From Phormidesmis sp. (lineage in GTDB: Bacteria; Cyanobacteriota; Cyanobacteriia; Leptolyngbyales; Leptolyngbyaceae), in the NCBI GenBank assembly GCA_965248535.1, contig CBDFJR010000002.1:416001-480000 (forward strand): a stretch of DNA of 64,000 nt, given 5' to 3'. The position numbers were made by a program, and so were the translations under genes. Shown one piece after another: positions 11,179 through 21,600 of the stretch. The notes beneath the pieces are model-generated. The model was not told where the DNA came from. It worked only from the letters and a program-made list of their open reading frames with translations, and did not search any database. The stretch's first letter is position 1, and every line of letters starts with the position of its first letter.

Positions 11179-12101
11179 TTTAACTCAGTATTTCTCAGTT
11201 TGGGCAAGACTGATTGCCTTTTAAGGAATCGATCGCTGATCCAACGCCAAAGAAGTGAGTAGCTCGACGCAGAAATGCGGATTAGCGAGTAGTAACCGAC
11301 ACGGTTGTATCAGTAACTAACGCTCGATCGCTGCGAGTCTGCGAGTTGTCCATTGCCATAAAGCTGGCTTTGGAGCTAGGGTTTAAAGCTTTTTGAGCGT
11401 CTGCTAAAAACTTATTGGTGAATGTGACGAAAGATGATATCTTAATTAGCCTAAGTAACTTGGTTAGCTCAAACTCGACCTTAAAGCCTGACAAAATTGA
11501 CGGGTTAAGCGACTTGAAAAAAGTTAGCCAAACTGAATCTATCCGCCTGCATTTTTCGAGCCAGCATTGAGTTATTAATTTGACTTCTACAAAGTTGAAA
11601 CTGATCAGGATTGTTCTGATTAAACGTTAGAAAAGATGGGGCGATCGGGGGCGGTTCGATCGCCGGGTTTTGCTCAGTCAGCAGAGACGATATCAAAAGT
11701 CTCTGTCTGCAATCTATCGGATGTCTCTTCTGTAGAGAGGCTTCTATGCAAAGGTTTGGGGGGTATATAGGGCCATTGGATGTAAAAAGCAGTGATCAAA
11801 TGATTCAAAAGTTGAACTAGCCGATAGAATAGCGGCTAAGATTACGAAAAAAACCACGGGGGCTTTCAAATTTGAGAACTAGCGGTATACTACTTATTCA
11901 TTAATTCTCAACAGTAATGTGATAGACTTCCTGAGTCGCAAATCAGAAACTTAATTCTTGAATTGAGCGCAAAGATATTGACTCGGAGCTTTATTTCCCT
12001 CGTTTAACTAAAAACTGAGTCCGGCTGTATCGTTTGCTACTCTCGGTTATAAAAACTGCTTTGCCAGTGCACTCAATTGAAATCTTGATGGAGCGTGAAT
12101 C

Positions 12102-12710
12102 GTGAATATCTTCAGTAAACTGCGGGATTTTGTCGGCTTGAATGAGCAAGTTGACTATGAATATGAATATGACGAGATGGATGGTCAAGAGTATCAGACT
12201 CTCTACCAAGAAGAGAATCCGGCTCCGGCCCCGATCGCTGATGAAGAAAGCCGCGCTCGTCGTCAACGATTCCGCGATCGCGCCGCCATTACTCCCGAAA
12301 CAACCCCTATTGCAACAGGTGTCAACAGCAGCATGAATAACGTGATTGGAATGCCCGGAGCCGCTAACGGCATCTCAGAAGTCGTCGTGATGGAGCCTCG
12401 CACCTTTGAAGAGATGCCCCAAGCGATTCAAGCTTTGCGTGAGCGCAAGTCTGTCGTTCTAAACTTGACGATCATGGACCCGGATCAAGCTCAACGAGCG
12501 GTTGATTTTGTGGCCGGTGGCACCTACGCGATCGACGGTCATCAAGAGCGCATCGGCGAAAGCATTTTCCTCTTCACGCCTAGCTGTGTTCAGGTCAGCA
12601 CTCAGACGGGTGTGATTCACGAAGTGCCTCAGCCTCAGCCTGCCCGCCCCGCCCGCCCTACAGCCCCGACTCCGGCTTGGGCCACTGAGCCAGTCAGAGC
12701 CGCGCAATAA
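12102..12710 (+). CDS. sepF: Cell division protein SepF
   Basis: [39 protein letters not shown]; canonical yggS-sepF-proC synteny. Confidence 0.95.
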   Translation: MNIFSKLRDFVGLNEQVDYEYEYDEMDGQEYQTLYQEENPAPAPIADEESRARRQRFRDRAAITPETTPIATGVNSSMNNVIGMPGAANGISEVVVMEPRTFEEMPQAIQALRERKSVVLNLTIMDPDQAQRAVDFVAGGTYAIDGHQERIGESIFLFTPSCVQVSTQTGVIHEVPQPQPARPARPTAPTPAWATEPVRAAQ

Positions 12711-12731
12711 CGAGGTTTCGGGTCATTAATT

Positions 12732-13556
12732 TTGGGGACTAAGTTGTCTACTAAATTTGGAATGATTGGCGGCGGGATGATGGGGGAAGCTCTGTTGTCC
12801 CGTCTTGTCGTTGGGCAGGTTTATGCGCCAAGTGACATGGTGGTGAGTGAGCCACAGGCAAAGCGTCAAGAATTTTTAGCCGAGAAATATGGCGTGCAGG
12901 TCACAGGTGAAAATCGGGTGGCTGCACGCTCGATCGAGGTGCTCTTCTTGGCAATCAAACCTCAAGTCTTTGAGCAAGTTGCGGCTGGGTTATCGGCTGA
13001 CGATCGCCAGTCATCAACCTTAGTGATCTCGATTTTGGCAGGAACACCCCTCGAAGCTCTCGAAGCGGCGTTTCCAGAGCAGCCTGTGATTCGAGCCATG
13101 CCCAACACTCCGGCAGCAGTCGGAGCGGGAATCACGGCGATCGCCGCAGGTCAACACGCTCAAGCTCACCATTTAGACCTAGCTCGACGCATTTTAGAAA
13201 CGGTGGGCGAAGTTGTCGAGGTGCCAGAGTCGATGATGGATGCCGTAACCGGGCTTTCGGGATCGGGCCCTGGCTATGTGGCGCTAATGGTTGAAGCGCT
13301 GGCAGACGGCGGGGTCGCGGCTGGGTTGCCGAGAGCGATCGCCATGAAGCTTGCCCTCCAAACCGTGCGCGGAACGGCTCAACTGCTGCAAGAAGAAGGC
13401 ATTCACCCTGGCGAACTTAAAGATCGCGTCACCAGTCCGGGCGGAACCACGATCGCGGGGATCGCTGCGCTAGAAAAAGCAGGCTTCCGATCGGCAGTCA
13501 TCGAAGCGGTAAAAGCGGCGTGGATGCGATCAAAAGAATTGGGCAAGAAATCCTAG
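12732..13556 (+). CDS. proC: Pyrroline-5-carboxylate reductase
   Basis: IGGGMMG, LAIKPQ, RAMPNTP, TGLSGSGP, VTSPGGTT. Confidence 0.95.
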   Translation: MGTKLSTKFGMIGGGMMGEALLSRLVVGQVYAPSDMVVSEPQAKRQEFLAEKYGVQVTGENRVAARSIEVLFLAIKPQVFEQVAAGLSADDRQSSTLVISILAGTPLEALEAAFPEQPVIRAMPNTPAAVGAGITAIAAGQHAQAHHLDLARRILETVGEVVEVPESMMDAVTGLSGSGPGYVALMVEALADGGVAAGLPRAIAMKLALQTVRGTAQLLQEEGIHPGELKDRVTSPGGTTIAGIAALEKAGFRSAVIEAVKAAWMRSKELGKKS

Positions 13557-13975
13557 ACTTCAAACAGGTCGATCGGTAAATGTCCAAATGTCTCATTGAT
13601 ATCATCGTCTTCAGCAGACTGACAGGAAACCAACACACCTCTATGGTTGCCTGTGTAGGGTTCTGCGTGGCACCGTCCGGTTTTGGGGTTGTATTTGATG
13701 TAAACTGCGTCATTGGTCGTTGACACAATATCGGGTCGTTCATCCCGATTCAGTGCCGTTAAGTAGCTGTGAAGGGCCTGCTGTCCTTGAATTGCATTGT
13801 CGGCACAGATGCCAAAGATTTGAAAGTCGGAGCGATCGACAACTAAAAGCAGTGCGTCGCGAACAGTGGCGTAATCTAATTTGGGGGTAGAGGGTTCACG
13901 ATCGAGACAAATAAACTGTCTTAGTAATTCTTGTGCTTCTTGTACGGTCAGATTAGTGGAAGCTTGAAAAGACAT
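13553..13975 (-). CDS. DUF1824-family protein
   Basis: IFGICAD, VYIKYN, YTGNHRGVLVSCQ, TFGHLPIDLF; cyanobacterial family pattern. Confidence 0.75.
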   Translation of the reverse strand: MSFQASTNLTVQEAQELLRQFICLDREPSTPKLDYATVRDALLLVVDRSDFQIFGICADNAIQGQQALHSYLTALNRDERPDIVSTTNDAVYIKYNPKTGRCHAEPYTGNHRGVLVSCQSAEDDDINETFGHLPIDLFEV

Positions 13976-14087
13976 CGGTGATCAGAGATGAAGGTCGAGA
14001 AAACGAGTCTATCGTGCTTTGAGTCTCGTTTGAAAAGGTTGGGGAAAGTATTGTAGTTTGAAGTGCAGTGTCTAGCCAAAATTCATC

Positions 14088-17000
14088 GTGCCCCGAATTT
14101 TTGACAACATTGAGCTAAAGTTGTTGCCCATTTTGCAAGAAACGCTGCAAGCTGCAAAACGAGCAGACTTCTGTGTGGGCTACTTTAATTTGCGGGGCTG
14201 GCGACACCTCGATCGCCTAATCGAGCAGTTTCCGGGAGGTGAGCAGGGCTGCTGTCGGTTAATGGTGGGGATGCAAAAAATGCCGCGCCAACAGCTTGAA
14301 AGTGCGTTTTCGCTGACTGGCTCAGACTGGGAGATTGATCAGCGCGATTCGATTCGATTTAAGAAACAAGCCGCGCAAGAGTTTAGAGAGCAACTGACGA
14401 TCGGGGCACCCACCAACGACGATGAGGCAGGATTGCGGCGACTTGCCCATCAACTCAAGGCAGGAAAACTCGTCGTCAAGCTCTATCTGCGGCATCCCCT
14501 TCACGCCAAACTGTATTTAATTCACCAAAACAATCCCAATTTGCCGACGATCGGGTTTCTCGGCAGCAGCAATTTAACACTTTCTGGACTGCAATATCAG
14601 GGAGAGTTAAACGTCGATGTGTTGGATCATGATGCGACGAATAAATTAGAACGCTGGTTTGACGAACTTTGGAGCGATCGCTTCTGCCTTGATATTTCTA
14701 AAGAACTCGCGCAATTAATTGATGAAAGCTGGGCACGGGAGGCACTCATTTCGCCCTATCACATCTATTTAAAGATGGCTTATCACCTCTCGCAAGAGGC
14801 GCGAATCGGATTGTCTGCCTATCGAGTGCCCAAAGAGTTTCGCGATCGCTTGTTTGATTTTCAAAGTGCTGCTGTCAAGATTGCTGCCCAACACGTCAAC
14901 AAACGGGGAGGAGTCTTAATTGGCGATGTCGTCGGATTGGGCAAAACGATGGTGGGGTCTGCCCTAGCGCGGATTTTGCAAGAAGATTTGTTGTTAGAAA
15001 CGTTGATTATTTGCCCCAAAAATCTCGTCTCCATGTGGCAGGATTATGTGCGGGAATATCGACTGATTGCGGAAGTGATTTCGATCAGTCGCGTTCAGAC
15101 CGAGCTACCGAATTTGCGGCGTTATCGAGTTGTGTTGATTGATGAAAGTCACAACCTTCGCAACACGGATGGAAAACGCTATCGAGCCATCCAAGAATAT
15201 ATCGCGATGAATGAAAGCAAGTGTATTTTGCTCACCGCAACGCCCTATAACAAAACCTATTTAGATTTATCCGCACAGCTACGATTATTTATTCCTGAAG
15301 ATAAAGATTTAGGCATTCGTCCAGAACAACTGCTGCACGAGTTAGGAGGCGAAGCGACCTTCAAGCGGAAGCATCAGGTGCCAATCCGATCGCTACGGGC
15401 ATTTGAGTTTAGTGATCACGCCGATGATTGGCGAGATTTAATGAAGCTGTATATGGTGCGACGAACGCGCAGTTTTATCAAAGCAAACTATGCTCAAGAT
15501 GATAAAGGACGGAAGTTTTTAGAATATCAAGATAAAACCCGCGCTTATTTCCCTGATCGGATTCCTAAAACCGCAAAATTTGAGATTGGCACTCCGCAAG
15601 ATGATCCCTACGCAAGACTCTATTCTGATGGAGTCGTAAATGTGATCAATCAACTAAATTTACCGCGCTATGGATTAGGAAATTACATTCAAGCGATGGT
15701 TAAACGCAACGTGAAAGATAAGAGTGATGAAACAGAACAGCGATTGGTCGAAGGATTATCAAGAGCCGGAAGGCGATTAATGGGATTTTGCCGCACCAAT
15801 TTATTCAAACGATTAGAAAGTAGTGGAGTGGCATTTATTCAATCGCTAGAGCGACACATCTTACGCAACTACATTTATTTGTATGCGATCGAGCATGGCT
15901 TAGAGATCCCGATCGGAACTCAAGATGCCGATTTGCTCGACACTCGCACCAGCGATGAAGACTCAGATTCGCTGCTGGCTTCACTATTTGATGTCGAAGT
16001 TGAAGAGACAGAAGGACAGGTTCGAGAGGTGCTAGATGTCTCTGAAACCGATTATCGATCGCGATCGGCAGAGGTTTATCAAGAGTATGCAACGCAGTAT
16101 CGACGACGGTTTAAATGGATACGATCGTCGCTGTTTACCAAACAGTTGGGCAAAGATTTGCAGGCGGATGCCAAAGCACTCACGGGTGTGTTGCAACAAT
16201 GCGGAGAATGGAATCGGAGGACGAGATGCCAAGTTAACCACATTGTTGACCCTGTTGCAGGTTGAGTATCCAACCGAAAAAGTTCTCATTTTCACGCAGT
16301 TTGCAGACACGGCGCGATATTTAGAAGCGGCATTACAAGAGGCTGGGGTGACCAACATTGCTAGGGTATCAGGGGATTCCACCGATCCCACGTCAAGCGT
16401 GTGGCGATTTAGTCCAGACAGTAATCGGAAGCGCGATCTGATTGCACCAGAAAATGAATTAAGAGTCCTCGTTGCGACAGACGTATTAAGTGAAGGACAA
16501 AACTTGCAGGACTGCGCGATCGTGATTAACTACGATTTGCCGTGGGCAATTATTCGGCTGATTCAACGGGCGGGACGGGTCGATCGAATTGGGCAAAAGG
16601 CGGACAAAATTTTGTGCTATTCATTCTTGCCTGCGGAAGGAGTCGATCGCTTAATCAACTTGCGGGGACGATTGCAGCAGCGACTTCAAGAAAACGCGGA
16701 AGTGGTGGGAGCCGATGAATCGTTTTTTGAAGACTTGTCCGATCGGGTCATGCTGGATTTATATAACGAAAAAGCGGGACTGCTCGACGGCGAGGAAGAT
16801 ACAGAAGTTGATTTGACTTCTGAAGCGTTTCAGATTTGGAGCAACGCAACGGCAAACAATCCGGGATTGAAGAAAACGATCGAAGAGATGTCTAGTGTGG
16901 TCTATTCGACGCGCCGCCACACGCCCACCGCCACCCAACCAGAAGGCGTTTTGCTCTATATGCGAACCGCAGAAGGCAACGATGCGCTGGCGTGGCTCGA

Positions 17001-17466
17001 TCGCGAAGGTGAAAGCGTCACCCAGTCACAGTTAGCGATTTTGAGAACGGCTGCCTGTGAGCCAGAGACACCCGCGATCGCTCGTCATCCGCTCCATCAT
17101 GATCTCGTCAAAAAAGGCGCAGATTGGATCGCTGAAGATGAGCGCAGCATCGGCGGACAGTTGGGACGAAAATCGAGTGCGCGATATCGAGCCTATGAGC
17201 GACTCAAGCGATATGCCGATGAGGTGAAGGGCACGCTGTTTGAGTCGGACGAACTGCTGAAAGCGATCGACGATATTTATCAACATCCTCTCAGGCAATC
17301 AGCGATCGACACCTTAAATCGGCAACTCAAAAGCGGAATTGGAGATTCGCAATTAGCAGAGTTGGTGATGGCGCTAAGAACCGACGATCGACTCTGCATA
17401 ATTCACGATGAAGGTCAGCAACGAGAACCTCAAATTATCTGTTCATTAGGATTATTTCAGTCGTGA
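14088..17466 (+). CDS. PLD-like nuclease fused to a SNF2-type superfamily 2 helicase (defence-associated); +1 frameshift at ~16213-16222
   Basis: N-terminal DFCVGYF...LHAKLYL...GSSNLT..GL..QGELN (HxK PLD motif); LIGDVVGLGKT, VLIDESHN, LTATP. The second ORF supplies VLIFTQFADT, ATDVLSEGQNLQ and QRAGRVDRIGQ; the frames join at CGEWN/RDAKL. Confidence 0.85.
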
Positions 17467-17482
17467 TTATGGAGTTAGCACA

Positions 17483-17846
17483 ATGGCAATCGTAGAGCAG
17501 TATCGGCAATATGTTCAGCAGCTTCTCAGCGATCGAGCCGCTCGATCCATGAAATCGAATCCTCAAGTCGAGGCTCAAACCGTTTTTGATCGCGACCATG
17601 ACCACTATCAACTCGTGTATGTCGGCTGGAAACGGAACGGCGTTTGCTTTGCAATGCTTGGGGCAACGCGATTATGGCTGTTTACTTCATCTCGATATCA
17701 AGGATGGCAAAATCTGGATTCAATACGACGGCACAGAGGGCGGTATCGCGAATGAGCTAGTGGAATTGGGCGTTCCGAAGGAAGACATTGTTTTGGGATA
17801 TCATCCTCCTTCTGTTCGACGACTTACAGAATTTGCTGTGAGCTAA
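17483..17846 (+). pseudogene. xisI: XisI-family protein disrupted by a ~25-bp insertion
   Basis: FDRDHDHYQLVYVGW in one frame; YGCLLHLDIKDGKIWIQYDGTE..IANELVELGVPKEDIVLGYHPP in the next. Removing 17641-17665 restores a 112-aa ORF. Confidence 0.85.
17641..17665 (+). mobile_element. Small dispersed repeat (SDR)-like twin-hairpin insert in xisI
   Basis: CGTTTGCTTTGCAATGCTTGGGGCA; hairpins TGC-TTT-GCA and TGCT-TGG-GGCA. Exact boundary is ambiguous (removing 22 or 25 bp both restore the frame). Confidence 0.6.
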
Positions 17847-17874
17847 CAATGAGGGTCGATCAACGGTGCATCCT

Positions 17875-18286
17875 TTACCAGTGACGAATTACTGAGTAGG
17901 TATCGAAAGCCTTATCCGAACTGATGATTGGAATTTTCTCCGTCAATGCTTGAGCGATTAAAAGTCGATTACCCTTCGGGAACTGCGAAGCAACCAAAGG
18001 GATCTCGATGATGATAGGGCAACGTCGCGACTGTAGCTGCGTGAGAAATCTCGATCGGCAAAATCTCAAACTCATTCACCTGAATTTGTTGCTGCATCCA
18101 AAACTCAAACGATTCAGGCAACTGATACTTTCCAATACTAATTTTGATCGCAATTTTCCAGTAGGATGCAGGGCTAACGAACAGATCATTGAGTGGATCG
18201 ACGATTAGAGTAGAAGCAACCTTACTGAGAGAACGATCGTTCAGCACAAACCACAAAAATGCCTGAGTATCGAGTAACAATCTCAT
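17875..18286 (-). pseudogene. vapC: VapC/PIN-domain toxin disrupted by a 25-bp insertion
   Basis: MRLLLDTQAFLW...HHRDPF then RLLIAQA..E...IISSDKAF in another frame; deleting 17970-17994 restores HHRDPFDRLLIAQA and a 128-aa PIN protein. Confidence 0.9.
17970..17994 (-). mobile_element. SDR-like twin-hairpin insert in vapC
   Basis: Gene-sense GTTGCTTCGCAGTTCCCGAAGGGTA inserted at TTTG^ATCGA; hairpins TGC-TTC-GCA and CCC-GAA-GGG; no target duplication visible. Confidence 0.75.
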
Positions 18287-18513
18287 GGCATATAATCGCC
18301 AAAATCTTCCAAATGGGTTTGATCATCAGACAAAATCACCAGGGTTCCTGCTGCGCTTCCAGGCTGCCGTGGTTTTCGAGGTGTGGGCACTTCTGCAATC
18401 AGTCTTGCGATCGCTCGATTCCCCGAAATAATCTGCACTTCTTCACCCGGTTGCAACCCTGCAATTAATTCAGGTAGATGAAGTTGAGCCTCCGCTAACG
18501 TAATGTGAGCCAT
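18283..18513 (-). CDS. Phd/YefM-like antitoxin (VapB partner)
   Basis: ITLAEAQLHLPELI...GEEVQI...IARL...RQPGSA.G...DF..Y; 4-nt overlap with the vapC start. Confidence 0.8.
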   Translation of the reverse strand: MAHITLAEAQLHLPELIAGLQPGEEVQIISGNRAIARLIAEVPTPRKPRQPGSAAGTLVILSDDQTHLEDFGDYMP

Positions 18514-18638
18514 TGCTCGATTCCACCATTGACTACACGCTCTATTCTACTTTTTCTGATCCAGTTGGAGTGTTTGGGAGTAAAACGGAGAAAGTTTGCG
18601 TCATATTTGTAACAGCAGCCCCCGATTTTTACTGTCTT

Positions 18639-21600
18639 ATGCAATTTGATTTCAAGAAGAGCCGCCAGTATTTGCAAGCGTTTGCCTTCGGAGATTTGTT
18701 TCGGGAGGTCTTGGGCTGGTCGAAGCCGACCGTTCGCAAGGCGGAGGAGTTGGAGATTGAGGGGCAGCTTTACGATCGCCAAATGATTGCCGAGCTTTCG
18801 GGGGTGGCGGTCTATGAGGTGACGGCGCACGATGGCGCGATCGCGGTTGAGAAGGTGCGAAAGCAAATCTATCAGCAGACGGCAGAGATCTCGCTGGAGA
18901 ATTTGTTGATTTTTGTGGATCGCGATCGGACTCAGAGTTTTTGGTATTGGGTGAAGCGGGAAGACAAGAAGCGGATTGGGCGATCGCTGTCGTATTTTGC
19001 GGGGCAGTCGGGGGATTTGATTTTGGGCAAGATTAGTGCCCTAATGGTCGATTTTGAGGAGTTGGGAGACGAAGCGCCGTCAGTTGTCGCGGTGGCGAAA
19101 AAGCTCAAGGATGCGCTGGATGTCGAACGGGTTACGAAGAAGTTTTACAAGGAATTTAAAGAGCATTTGGAGTGGTTTGTTGAGCAGATTAAGGGAATCG
19201 ATCACGAGAACGATCGCCGTTGGTATGCGTCGGTGATTTTGAATCGGCTGATGTTTGTCTACTTTTTGCAAGATAAGGGATTTGTGGATGGGAATCCCAA
19301 TTATTTGCAGGATAAGTTAGCGCAACATCAAGGCAAAGATTATTACAAAGCGTTTTTGTGTGTGCTGTTTTTTGAGGGATTTGCGAAGGCTGCACCCAAT
19401 CGATCGGAGCCAACGAATCTTCTTTTGGGCAATATCAAATATTTGAATGGGGGATTATTTTTACAACATCGGATTGAGAAAGACAATACGATCTCTTCGA
19501 GTCATCCGCAAGGGATCGCGATCGCGAATGAGGCATTTGAGAAAACGCTGGCGTTATTTGAGCGCTATTCGTGGAATTTGGATGACACGCCGGGGGGACA
19601 GGATGATGAAATTAGCCCGTCGGTGTTGGGCTATATTTTTGAGAAATATATTAACCAAAAAGAGTTTGGGGCTTATTACACTCGTCCTGAGATTACAGAA
19701 TATTTGTGCGATCGCACGATCAATAAACTGATTCTCGATAAGGTGAACGCGGAGTCGAAACGGCGGTTTGAGTCGATCGAGGAACTGCTGTTTAATCTCG
19801 ACACGGATCTGTGTATTCGACTGTTAGAGACTATATTGCCAGGGTTATCGCTGCTTGATCCGGCTTGTGGGTCGGGGGCGTTTTTGGTGGCGGCGATGAA
19901 GACGTTGATTAATATTTATAGCGCGGTGATTGGCAAGGTCGAGTTGTCGAACGATCGGACGCTCAAATCGTGGCTCAAAAAGGTACGCGATGAGCATAAG
20001 TCAACGGCGTATTACATCAAAAAGCGGATCATTACGGACAATCTCTATGGTGTGGACATCATGGAGGAGGCGACGGAGATCGCCAAGCTGCGGTTGTTTT
20101 TGGCGTTGGTGGCTTCGGCGCAGAGTTTGGATGAGTTGGAGCCGTTGCCGAATATTGATTTTAATGTGATGGCGGGGAATTCGCTGATTGGTCTGATTAG
20201 GGTCGATGAGGATGGGTTTAATGAGTTAGACGGAATGGCGATCGAGCCGACTCAGAGAAATCTGCTGAAGCCAACGGCGATCCAGGGAAGTTTGTTGCCG
20301 ATGTTGGCGGCGAATGAATATCGGCGGATTTTAGACGAGAAGAATAAGAGTATTGCACTGTTTAAGCAGCAGGCGTTTAGGGCGGATGATTCGACTGAGC
20401 CAGAGATTAGAACGGATATGCTCAAGGCGAGTATTGATGAGCTAAACGGCAAGTCGCAAATCAAGCTCAATCGGCTGTTGTTTGATGAGTTTGGGCGGTT
20501 GAAGATTAAGTTTGAGCAGGCGCAGGCGACGGGCAAGCCCACAAAGCGACTGTTGGAGATGAAGGATATCGATCGCTTGGAGCCGTTTCACTGGGGCTAC
20601 CATTTTGATCAGATTATCAATGAGCGGGGCGGGTTTGATGCGATTATCGCTAATCCACCGTGGGAAGTGTTTAAACCAGACGCAAAGGAGTTTTTTCAGA
20701 AATATAGCGATCTGGTGACGAAAAAGAAAATGGATATTAAGGCATTTGAGAAACACCAAACAGAATTGCTAGAAGATCCAGAAGTTGCAGCAGCTTGGTT
20801 GCAATATCAGAGCCAGTTTCCTTATGTAAATCTCTACTATCGCACTTCAGATAATTATAGAAATCAGATTTCGGTGATTGATGGGAAGAAAGCAAAAAGC
20901 ACTGATATCAACCTATACAAACTTTTTCTAGAACGGTGTTTTAGTCTCCTGAAACCGAGTGGAGAATGCGGAATTGTGATTCCTAGTGGCTTGTATACCG
21001 ATTTGGGATCGAAACAGTTGCGAGAAATGCTGTTCAGCAAAACTCGGATCACAGGATTATTCTGTTTTGAGAATCGCAAGACAATCTTTGAGGGGGTTGA
21101 TAGTCGTTTCAAATTTATTGTTTTGTCATTTTGTAAAGGAGATCGGACAGAAAGTTTTCCAGCCGCTTTTATGCGTCACGATGTCAGAGAGTTAACTGAT
21201 TTTCCAAATCTCAATAGCTTACAGATTAGCGTTGACTTAATTCGCCGACTATCGCCAGACTCTTTATCTATCATGGAGTTTAAGAATAGCGTAGATGTGC
21301 AAATCGCTGAAAAAACGCTCCAATTTCCGTTGCTAGGTGATCAAATTCCTGATAGGTGGAATCTGATACTTGGACGAGAATTTCACATGACGGACGATAA
21401 AAATCTCTTTCAATCTGAATCAATTGAAGGCAGACTTCCTTTGTACGAAGGCAAAATGATTCATCAGTTTACTCACACATTCTCTCAGCCTAAATATTGG
21501 ATCGATGAGATAGAAGGTAGAAAAGCGTTTCTTTCAAGACGAAAAGAGGACTGTGGGCAAGAACTGAACTATCAAAAATACCGTTTTGCATACAGAGCAA

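Noticed and set aside
16205..16225. Programmed ribosomal frameshift in the helicase
   Set aside because: No recognisable slippery heptamer or stimulatory structure; it matches the window-wide +1 error pattern.
17483..17846. fdxN-type excision element
   Set aside because: Only xisI is present; there is no xisH, no xisF recombinase and no interrupted nif/fdxN gene.
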